Shown here in pieces: positions 49,976 through 57,152 of a stretch of 64,000 bases of DNA. The translations under genes were made by a program, and so were the position numbers. Position 1 is the first letter of the stretch. Every line of letters starts with the position of its first letter. The notes under the pieces were generated by a model that was not told where the DNA came from, ran no database searches, and saw only the letters and a program-made list of their open reading frames with translations. This stretch comes from Pseudomonadota bacterium (GTDB taxonomy: Bacteria > Pseudomonadota > Gammaproteobacteria > Acidiferrobacterales > Acidiferrobacteraceae): NCBI GenBank assembly GCA_021795715.1, contig JAJYPD010000007.1, positions 8,956 through 72,955 of the forward strand. The letters run 5' to 3'.

Positions 49976-50616
49976 GGGTCATGCTGATCGATGATCACGC
50001 GCTTTTTCGCAGTGGACTTGAGCATTTGCTTGTCCGGCGCGGGATCGATGTGGTGGCTACGACCAGCGACGGGGAGCAGGCGCTGGCCCTGATCCAGGAG
50101 ACGCGCCCCCATGTGGTGCTCCTGGATATCCGCATGCCGAAACTCGGCGGCATCGAGACCTTGCGGCGACTGCGTGCCGGAGGCGTCACCGTGCCGATCG
50201 TGATGTTGACAACGAGCAGCGACGAGGCCGATCTCGTGTCTTCCCTCCATCATGGCGCACAAGGCTATCTGCTAAAGGACATGGAGCCAGACGGCCTGGT
50301 CGCCGCGCTGGCGCAGATCGAGACCGGGGAGATGATCGTTGCCCCGGAATTTGCGCCCGTACTGGCCCGCTTCATCCAGAGCGGGCCGGAGGCCATGAAA
50401 GCTTCCCACGCCTTTAGCGATCTCACACCGCGGGAGCTGGAGATCCTCGGGCATCTGGGGGACGGGCAGAGCAACAAGGTCATCGCCCGTTCGCTTGGCA
50501 TCTCCGAGGGAACGGTCAAGCTCCACGTCAAGGCCATTCTGCGCAAACTCAAGCTGAGCTCGCGCGTACAGGCCGCGGTGCGTTCGGTCGAGGAAGGATT
50601 TGGCCGGAAGAACTGA
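49972..50616 (+). CDS. NarL/FixJ-family response regulator (REC + LuxR-type HTH)
   Basis: MLIDDH...VVLLDIRMP receiver. LTPRELEILGHLGDGQSNKVIARSLGISEGTVKLHVKAILRKL HTH. ATGA overlap with the kinase gene. Confidence 0.9.
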   Translation: MRVMLIDDHALFRSGLEHLLVRRGIDVVATTSDGEQALALIQETRPHVVLLDIRMPKLGGIETLRRLRAGGVTVPIVMLTTSSDEADLVSSLHHGAQGYLLKDMEPDGLVAALAQIETGEMIVAPEFAPVLARFIQSGPEAMKASHAFSDLTPRELEILGHLGDGQSNKVIARSLGISEGTVKLHVKAILRKLKLSSRVQAAVRSVEEGFGRKN

Positions 50617-50649
50617 CAGCCCGTCCGCCCAAGGGGCGGATGGGCTGTC
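50615..50649. terminator. GC-rich hairpin between convergent response-regulator and cysG genes
   Basis: GACAGCCC-G-TCCGCCC-AAGG-GGCGGA-T-GGGCTGTC fills almost the whole 36-nt convergent gap. There is no U-tract, so it is a non-canonical terminator or RNA-stability element. Confidence 0.45.
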
Positions 50650-50652
50650 ACC

Positions 50653-52065
50653 TTAGCCGGCGGCCCGTAATGCCGAGGCGGAAGCGTGCGTCCGGCCGGC
50701 CCAGCGGTCATGCAGCCGCACGACTTCGCCGATAATGACGAGGGTGGGCGGCGTAATGGATTGGCGGCTCACGACGTCGGGCAAGTCGCTCAACGTGCTC
50801 GTCAGCACCCGCTGCTGCGGGGTCGTACCGCGTTCGACCAATGCGGCGGGGGTTGTGGGCGGCAGGCCATGCCGGATGAGTTCGCGGCTGATCGTTGCAA
50901 CCGCCGCCACGCCCATGTAGAACACCAGCGTTTGATGGGGTTGCGCCAGGGCGGCCCAGTTCACGGACGATCCGTCGTTCTGGCAGTGGCCGGCGACGAA
51001 TACGCAGGACTGCGCATACTCCCGGTGGGTCAATGGCAGGTCACCGTACGCGGCGCAGCCCAGTGCGGCTGTGATGCCAGGGACAACCTGGAACGGAATG
51101 CCGGCTTCCACCAGGGTGTCGATTTCCTCGCCCCCCCGACCGAAAACAAAGGGATCGCCACCCTTGAGGCGTACGACCCGCTTGCCGGCGGCCGCCAGGT
51201 CGACCAGCAACTGGTTGATGTTTTCCTGCGGAACCGCATGACGGCCAGCGCTCTTGCCTACGTCGATGCGCTCTGCGTCCTTGCGGCACAGTGCGAGGAT
51301 CGGGGGGGCGACCAGGCGGTCATAAACGATCACATCGGCTTCCTGCATGAGGCGCAAGGCGCGCAGCGTCAGAAGATCGGGATCACCGGGCCCGGCGCCG
51401 ACAAGCGACACGAGTCCCAAGGTATCGTCGGCGCGCGGAGAGGCGAGCTCCTGGGCGAAAAGGCCCTCGGCCTCCTCGGTACGGCCGCCGAGCAGAAGTT
51501 CGGCAACGGGGCCCTGCAGGATGCGCTCCCAGAACCGCCGCCGCGCATCGGGTCGGGGAATATGCTGGCGCACCTGGGTCCGCCGCCGTGCCATGAAATG
51601 GGCCAGCTGCCCGTAGGCCGAGCCGATCATCGTTTCGAGGCGCACCCGCAGAAGGCGCGCCAAAACAGGCGAGGCGCCGCCGCTCGAAACGGCGACAAGC
51701 ACCGGGGAGCGGTCGATGATCGACGGCATGATGAAAGTGCACAGCGCAGGGTGGTCCACCACGTTGACCGGAATGTGGGCCGCGGTCGCGGCCTCCGAGA
51801 CGTGCTTGTTGACCCGGCCATTGCTCGTCGCCGCGATCACGATCCGCGCGCCTGCCACATCCAGGGGATCGAATGATCGTGCCACATGCGCGATTCCGCC
51901 CGCTTCCTTCAGTGCAGAAAGCCCCGCGCATAGCTCAGGCGCGATGACCGTCACCTGCGCGCCCGCTTCTCTCAGAATGCGGATCTTGCGCAAGGCCACT
52001 TCACCGCCCCCAACGACCACGGCGTGGGCCCCATGCATGTTGAGAAAGATGGGTAAATGGTTCAT
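50653..52065 (-). CDS. cysG: Siroheme synthase CysG (precorrin-2 dehydrogenase/ferrochelatase + SUMT)
   Basis: N-terminal NAD fold VVVGGGEVALRK. C-terminal methyltransferase LVGAGPGDPDLLTLRAL, RLKGGDPFVFGRGGEE. Confidence 0.9.
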   Translation of the reverse strand: MNHLPIFLNMHGAHAVVVGGGEVALRKIRILREAGAQVTVIAPELCAGLSALKEAGGIAHVARSFDPLDVAGARIVIAATSNGRVNKHVSEAATAAHIPVNVVDHPALCTFIMPSIIDRSPVLVAVSSGGASPVLARLLRVRLETMIGSAYGQLAHFMARRRTQVRQHIPRPDARRRFWERILQGPVAELLLGGRTEEAEGLFAQELASPRADDTLGLVSLVGAGPGDPDLLTLRALRLMQEADVIVYDRLVAPPILALCRKDAERIDVGKSAGRHAVPQENINQLLVDLAAAGKRVVRLKGGDPFVFGRGGEEIDTLVEAGIPFQVVPGITAALGCAAYGDLPLTHREYAQSCVFVAGHCQNDGSSVNWAALAQPHQTLVFYMGVAAVATISRELIRHGLPPTTPAALVERGTTPQQRVLTSTLSDLPDVVSRQSITPPTLVIIGEVVRLHDRWAGRTHASASALRAAG

Positions 52066-52121
52066 AGGCGCCCCACTTCAGAATGAGTTCATACTGAACA
52101 CCCAACGGCACAACGAAAACA

Positions 52122-52137
52122 TATCCCTGTGGGGATA
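52122..52137 (-). promoter_or_regulatory. 7-2-7 inverted heptamer pair TATCCCT-GT-GGGGATA upstream of cysG
   Basis: 57-72 nt upstream of the cysG ATG. Same heptamer family as the dsrA upstream array. Confidence 0.45.
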
Positions 52138-52176
52138 GGGGGCGCACGCAGTCCATGCAATGCCGCGCGCAGACGG

Positions 52177-52214
52177 CACCGGACACCCGTTTCACCGGCG
52201 CCGGGTGTCCGGTG
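52177..52214 (-). terminator. Perfect 13-bp-stem hairpin downstream of the EamA transporter gene
   Basis: CACCGGACACCCG-N12-CGGGTGTCCGGTG starts 39 nt after the EamA stop. No U-tract. Confidence 0.4.
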
Positions 52215-52252
52215 CGGGGGCAAAGTCCCGGATCGCGCAGGGGAATCGGCGG

Positions 52253-53305
52253 TCAGTGATCGTGATCATGGTGGGCGTCAGGGAAATGCGGGTGGGAGTG
52301 GGACAGGGGTTCGTGGACATGCCAATGGGTGTGCCGCATACCAGGCACAACAGGAAGGGCGTGCGTGTGCTGATGGTGGATGTCATGGGTGTGCTCGTGC
52401 TCATGGGCAAGCGCTGTGTGTGTATGGACATGTTCGTGGTGCTCAGACAACTGCAACCAGACACCAAAACCCATGAGTGCGGCGGCAAACAGCAAGACCG
52501 GCGTGACCGGTTCCCCCAGGATCACCGCCGCGACGGCACCAAGAAAAGGCGCCGTCGCGAAGTAGCCGCCTGCCCGTGCTGCACCCAGGTGCCGCAAGCC
52601 CAAAACGAAGAAGACGAGGCTCACCCCATAGGCGAAGAAACCGAGCAGCAACGCGGCGCCCACATCGCGCCAGGCCGGCAGGACGGCGCCGGCGGCCAGC
52701 GCCAAGAGGAGATTTATGGATCCGGCCGCGAGCCCCTTTACGGACGCAAGCCAGGCGGCGTCGAGCAAAGACACCTTGCGCGTGAAGTTGTTGTCGAGCG
52801 CCCACGCCAGACACGCGCCCAGGACTGCCATGGCCGGCCAGGATGTAACGGCCTGTACCCCGTGCAGGCGCCCTCCCAGCAGGATGGCCCCCGCCACGAT
52901 CGCAGACAGGCCGGCGACAATGCGCCGATCGACGTGTTCGCCGAATACCGCCCACGCCAGCGCCGCCGTCATCGGGGTTTCCGTGTTCAATAGCAGGGAG
53001 GCATTGGCGGCCGGCAGATGGGCCAAACCCACCATCAACAGCAGCGGTCCGATCACGCCGCCTGTCGTGATCGCTGCCAGCAGCCAGGGCCAGTCGCGCC
53101 TGGGCACATGTACCGCTCCTGCGCGGACTATCCGGCGGTAGACAATAAGACCCGTGCCGGAACCGAGATAAAGCAGGCCGGCGACGACACCTGCGTCCGC
53201 GTGGTGCAGCAGGATCTTCGCAAGCGGCATGCTTACGCCAAAGAGCAGTGCACTGGCAAGAACCGCGCCGGCACCGCGCCGGCGCAATCCATCCCATCCT
53301 CTCAT
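52253..53305 (-). CDS. DMT/EamA-family transporter with histidine-rich C-terminal tail
   Basis: 10-TM, two-EamA-repeat hydrophobic profile. The last 65 aa contain 24 His (HHEHVHTHTALAHEHEHTHDIHHQHTH...HSHPHFPDAHHDHDH). Confidence 0.8.
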   Translation of the reverse strand: MRGWDGLRRRGAGAVLASALLFGVSMPLAKILLHHADAGVVAGLLYLGSGTGLIVYRRIVRAGAVHVPRRDWPWLLAAITTGGVIGPLLLMVGLAHLPAANASLLLNTETPMTAALAWAVFGEHVDRRIVAGLSAIVAGAILLGGRLHGVQAVTSWPAMAVLGACLAWALDNNFTRKVSLLDAAWLASVKGLAAGSINLLLALAAGAVLPAWRDVGAALLLGFFAYGVSLVFFVLGLRHLGAARAGGYFATAPFLGAVAAVILGEPVTPVLLFAAALMGFGVWLQLSEHHEHVHTHTALAHEHEHTHDIHHQHTHALPVVPGMRHTHWHVHEPLSHSHPHFPDAHHDHDH

Positions 53306-53510
53306 CGTGTCGTCTCCTCTTCAGGGGAGGCCGTAGGGGAGGCCGTTTGTAAAGACGCTATCCCGGATGCGCCCCCCGGGCATTCTGGTGGCACCGCAAT
53401 CCGGGGTGTGCCGGCAGGTTCCCTGGGGGAGGGCGGCCTAAACGCCCTGGTTGTCCCTGACGCGGCCTTTGGAAATCCCTGAGAATTGCTTACGCCCGGC
53501 CGCCTTTGCG

Positions 53511-54695
53511 TCACCTGTCGTACGCCGCCACCACCGTCACCGAGAGTCCGGCGCCCGCGATCCCGGCACCCGCGAGGAAGGCCGCCGATGGACCGATCGT
53601 CTGCCACAGATAGCCTGCCCCCACGCTAGCCGCGAGCATGGTAAGACCGCTCACAAAACTGAAGACGCCAAATGCGGTGCCGCGAAGCGTATCGGAGGTG
53701 CTGTCCGCGATCAGCGCGGCCAGCAAGCCCTGCGTCAAGCCCATGTGCAAACCCCAAAGTGCCACCCCAGCCATAATGGCCCCAATGTGGTCTCCGAAGG
53801 CAAGGATCAGATCGGCCGCAATCAGGGCGCCAAAACCTGCACGCAACATAATGCGCCGGTCTATGCGGTCGGCAAGCACACCGGCGAGATAAGCCGAAGC
53901 CGAATACACGATGTTCATGACGATCAGGACGGCCGGCATGAGCGCCGTTGCAAGGCCTACATTGTGCGCCCGCAGCACCAGAAAAGCCTCGCTGAAGCGG
54001 GCGAGCATCAGGATGCCTCCCACGCCCGCCACCGACCAGAAGCGGCTTCCCAGACTACCGGCGACCGACCATCGGATGGGGGTGCGCCGATCCCTTGCCG
54101 CCGCGTGTTTCGCGGGTTCCTTGACGAACAGGGCGAGGGTGGTGACGCAGGCGAGGGCGGGCAGTGCGGCCACCCAGAATACGAGCCGGAAATTGTCGTG
54201 GAAGCGTTCCATCAGCACGAGCGCTATGATCGGTCCGGCAAAGGCACCGACGGAATCCAGGGATTGCCGCAGACCGTAGGCGGTACCCCGTTGCGCCTCC
54301 GGAGTCAGATCGGCAACGAGCGCATCGCGCGGCGCGCCACGGATGCCCTTGGCGAGCCGGTCGGAGACCCGTGCGGCAAAGACCCAGCCCGGATTGGGCG
54401 CAATGGCAAATAGCGGCTTGGAGAAAAGCGCAAGACCATAACCGAAGAGCGCAAACGGTTTGCGCCGCCCCAATCGGTCGCTCGCCCATCCCGAGAACAG
54501 CTTGGAGACGGGTGTGACCGCATCACCCAGCCCCTCGATCAGGCCGACCAGCGTGGGGCTGGCACCCAGGACCCCGACCAGGAATACCGGCAACAGGCTA
54601 TGGATCATCTCCGAGGACATGTCCATGAAGAGACTGACGAAACCAAGCGCCCATACGCCGCGCGGCAGGGCGGACCCCCGCTTAGACGGGGGCAT
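53511..54695 (-). CDS. MFS transporter
   Basis: 12-TM profile and MFS loop motif GWASDRLGRRKP. Confidence 0.8.
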   Translation of the reverse strand: MPPSKRGSALPRGVWALGFVSLFMDMSSEMIHSLLPVFLVGVLGASPTLVGLIEGLGDAVTPVSKLFSGWASDRLGRRKPFALFGYGLALFSKPLFAIAPNPGWVFAARVSDRLAKGIRGAPRDALVADLTPEAQRGTAYGLRQSLDSVGAFAGPIIALVLMERFHDNFRLVFWVAALPALACVTTLALFVKEPAKHAAARDRRTPIRWSVAGSLGSRFWSVAGVGGILMLARFSEAFLVLRAHNVGLATALMPAVLIVMNIVYSASAYLAGVLADRIDRRIMLRAGFGALIAADLILAFGDHIGAIMAGVALWGLHMGLTQGLLAALIADSTSDTLRGTAFGVFSFVSGLTMLAASVGAGYLWQTIGPSAAFLAGAGIAGAGLSVTVVAAYDR

Positions 54696-54773
54696 CGGGT
54701 GTGAGCCCTGCGGCAGCCATCATCCATCGTCCTGGTGGGGGTGGGGGAGTCATTGGCAGAGTTCGCCGCCGGT

Positions 54774-55721
54774 TCACGCGGCCCGTAGCCTGTGGCGGCG
54801 GTAAATGAGGAAAATCACGGTCAGCAGCGCACCCCCGACCCCCACTGCGACCGGATAGCCGTATCCCGGTTTGTGCATGAGGATGGCAAGCAGGCCTATG
54901 GCGATGGCCGGTGGAACATGGAGCCTTGCCGTCTTGAGGATGGCAATGCTTCCGATCATGATGCCGATCGCGGCCAGCGGGCCGGTTCCAAGCCAGAGCC
55001 GGAAAAACAATCCACATGCAGCGGTCAGGATACATATCGACAGCAAAAGCCCCGGTCTTTCTGTCCACGGACAGATATCGGCATGCGCGAACATCTCAAA
55101 GCCCGTCACCACAAGGGGCGGTACGAGGATGGCGCGCCACCCCGTGACCTGCGCCAACAGTGCACAGGCAACCACAAACCCGAAAAAAAAGGGCACCCAG
55201 CCATAGCCTGACGGTGCGCGCTCGATGATATCCGAGATCCTGTCCGCCGCGGTGGGCGCCGGCAGCCCCCCGTGCACCCTGAACCAGCGGCGGTACGCAA
55301 AAGCCGCCAGTGCAAGCGTCGCGGTACCCGCCCAAATCGATGGTGGATACCACCATGACCGGATGTCGAATACGACCGGCAACAGCCCGGCGGAGATGGC
55401 GGGCGCAATGGGTGACCTCAGGGCGGCCACGACGCCGATACCGATTGCCGTCCCCAAACTTACCGAAAGCACACCATAGTGCATGTGCTGCGCGATCCAG
55501 ACACCCGGAACCGCCGTTGCCAGCGGCGTGAAAACCAGCAGAACCGGCGCGCTCGCCCAGCGCCCGGCTGGGTGCTCGAAGATGTCGTGAGCAAGCGCCC
55601 CGAGCTCTGGAAACAGAATGTAGGCAAGGCCTGTCGACAAAGCGGCCTGGGCAATGGCCGCAATGTAGCCTGCGGCCACGAGGCCGCTCAACGATGAGCG
55701 GAGGTATGCCGTGTTTTTCAT
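54774..55721 (-). CDS. Polytopic membrane protein, internally duplicated, HPP-family-like
   Basis: About 8 TM. The two halves share ILFPELGAL / ILVPPLVV and SPIAPAISAGLL / HVPPAIAIGLL segments, the latter resembling the HPP motif. Family assignment is tentative. Confidence 0.55.
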   Translation of the reverse strand: MKNTAYLRSSLSGLVAAGYIAAIAQAALSTGLAYILFPELGALAHDIFEHPAGRWASAPVLLVFTPLATAVPGVWIAQHMHYGVLSVSLGTAIGIGVVAALRSPIAPAISAGLLPVVFDIRSWWYPPSIWAGTATLALAAFAYRRWFRVHGGLPAPTAADRISDIIERAPSGYGWVPFFFGFVVACALLAQVTGWRAILVPPLVVTGFEMFAHADICPWTERPGLLLSICILTAACGLFFRLWLGTGPLAAIGIMIGSIAILKTARLHVPPAIAIGLLAILMHKPGYGYPVAVGVGGALLTVIFLIYRRHRLRAA

Positions 55722-55768
55722 GCTGGCCGCCGGTTGATGAAGGGCCAGATTACCATCAGGGGGGCCTT

Positions 55769-55797
55769 TTGTGCGCCCGCATCATAGATCGTATAAT
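55769..55797 (+). promoter_or_regulatory. Candidate promoter: TTGTGC-N17-TATAAT in AT-rich island
   Basis: Consensus -10 TATAAT at 55792-97 with a weak -35 TTGTGC at 55769-74. Confidence 0.35.
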
Positions 55798-55804
55798 GTA
55801 TATT

Positions 55805-55930
55805 ATGTTAAATCATGACTGTATGCAGGCGCTGATTCCCGGTGAGATGATTTGTCCAAATCCCTCCATGAATCCAGGGGTTGGCATACCTTGTTATTGG
55901 TGTTTCTGTAAAGTTGGCACCTGCGGGTGA
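55805..55930 (+). CDS. Hypothetical 41-aa cysteine-rich peptide (speculative)
   Basis: MLNHDCMQALIPGEMICPNPSMNPGVGIPCYWCFCKVGTCG, 6 Cys. The ATG lies 7 nt after the TATAAT (possible leaderless mRNA). No SD, and TGT-biased Cys codons atypical of this genome. In frame with the track ORF 55694-55930. Confidence 0.25.
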   Translation: MLNHDCMQALIPGEMICPNPSMNPGVGIPCYWCFCKVGTCG

Positions 55931-56017
55931 GGAGTTGTGTTTGTGCCCAAATCCGGCGAGGTGCACGAGCCGCCCTGCCCACTCTTGAGCTGTGTACGGC
56001 AATGGCTTACCGTGAGT

Positions 56018-56031
56018 CACGCACGTGCGTG
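56018..56031. promoter_or_regulatory. Perfect 14-bp palindrome CACGCACGTGCGTG upstream of the DUF2892 gene
   Basis: Self-complementary 14-mer 42-55 nt upstream of the ATG at 56073. Confidence 0.3.
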
Positions 56032-56072
56032 CGCGTGCCTAAAACCTAAAAAACGAAAAGGAGAACCTGGAG

Positions 56073-56276
56073 ATGACGGTCAATGAGGGAGTACTGGATC
56101 GCGGCATTCGTGTCGTAGTCGGGGTCGTTCTGATCGCTTTGGCGGTGACGCACCGCTGGGCGCCGTGGGGCTGGATCGGCGTATTGCCCCTGATCTCGGG
56201 GCTGACAGGGTTTTGCGGGCTGTACCAGGTTTTTGGCATAAAGACCTGTCCGATGCGCCAGAATAAGAGCAGCTAG
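56073..56276 (+). CDS. DUF2892 (YgaP-like) small membrane protein
   Basis: DRGIRVVVGVVLIALAV...GWIGVLPLISGLTGFCGLYQVFGI is the typical two-helix DUF2892 pattern. GGAG lies 8 nt upstream. Confidence 0.75.
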   Translation: MTVNEGVLDRGIRVVVGVVLIALAVTHRWAPWGWIGVLPLISGLTGFCGLYQVFGIKTCPMRQNKSS

Positions 56277-56352
56277 GCAGTTCGCCTGGGGTCGGGAAGC
56301 CGGGCCTGGGCGTGAGGGAATTGGGGGGCGGGAAAGGCCGACACCGGCGGGA

Positions 56353-56387
56353 AAGTGGCGCTGAGGCCGTCGCCCCCCACTTTTTTT
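56353..56387 (+). terminator. Rho-independent terminator candidate after the DUF2892 gene
   Basis: AAGTGGCG...CGCCCCCCACTT stem followed by TTTTTTT (56381-87). Confidence 0.55.
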
Positions 56388-56716
56388 GCAGGCGGTGTGC
56401 GAAGCTTGGAGTCGGTAGGGGCAACGGGCGGACGGGAAGCGGCGTGCCGGGCATTCGCCAAGTGGTGCATGGCCACGGACACGCACGGGGTTTGTGCGGC
56501 GTTTGAACCTGAAGAAAGTATGCGAAGGCATTGAAAAGACGGATGTAAAGAAGAGCGCAACCTTCAAGTGAGACTTTACGTGAAGACGGCCGGCCGCGCC
56601 TGCCTCGGGACTTGCATTGCCAGATCAGCCGTTGTGCATTTAGGCTACGGAAATTCCCCGCTTCAGGAGCGCAGGCAGTGACACAGTCTTCGGCATCCAC
56701 GCGTAGTGATTTTCAG

Positions 56717-57127
56717 ATGCGGCTACACGGCCGCTTTAGCAACGTCCTCACCTGGGATCAGTTGGCGGCTCTCTGGAGCGTGGTGCGCAGCCGCGCCGAG
56801 GGGTGGTACATCTACGCCATTGGCGAGGCGCCGCCCAACGAGCCGGCAACCCCGGCTGTGCTCGACCGGTTCGTGCTGGAGATGGATGTTTTGCTGCGAC
56901 GCGAACATCGGGAGGATTATTGTGGCATCGTCTATGCCGATGACCGCAGCGAGCCCACTTTTATCAAGATTTTTGATCCCCATAATCTCGGTAGTTCCTG
57001 TGGATCCTCTGGGGCGATCACCCTGCCTGGGTGGTTGTTGACGCGCATGCCGCCCGAGCCGTTGCAGGACACGCGGTTGCTTCCGGAAAGCCGCAAGCGC
57101 TGGTGGCGTTCTCTCATCGGGCGCTGA
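56717..57127 (+). CDS. Hypothetical protein (136 aa), first gene of the copper operon
   Basis: No family recognised. Stops 25 nt before copA. Start chosen at MRLHGRF; the track ORF begins at 56612. Confidence 0.55.
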   Translation: MRLHGRFSNVLTWDQLAALWSVVRSRAEGWYIYAIGEAPPNEPATPAVLDRFVLEMDVLLRREHREDYCGIVYADDRSEPTFIKIFDPHNLGSSCGSSGAITLPGWLLTRMPPEPLQDTRLLPESRKRWWRSLIGR

Positions 57128-57152
57128 AAATCACCCGACAGTTCGGGGGTAG

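Noticed and set aside
52160-52993. 277-aa plus-strand ORF and other frames over the EamA gene
   Set aside because: The minus-strand frame gives a clean 10-TM transporter profile. The plus-strand product is a charged, repetitive artefact; the His-rich tail read in reverse gives Met/Val/Gly-rich sequence.
55882-55930. Possible sigma54 promoters (TGGCAT at 55882-87 and TGGCAC at 55915-20)
   Set aside because: Neither has the required TTGC(A/T) element 5 nt downstream (GTTAT and GGTGA instead). They probably match the GG element by chance.
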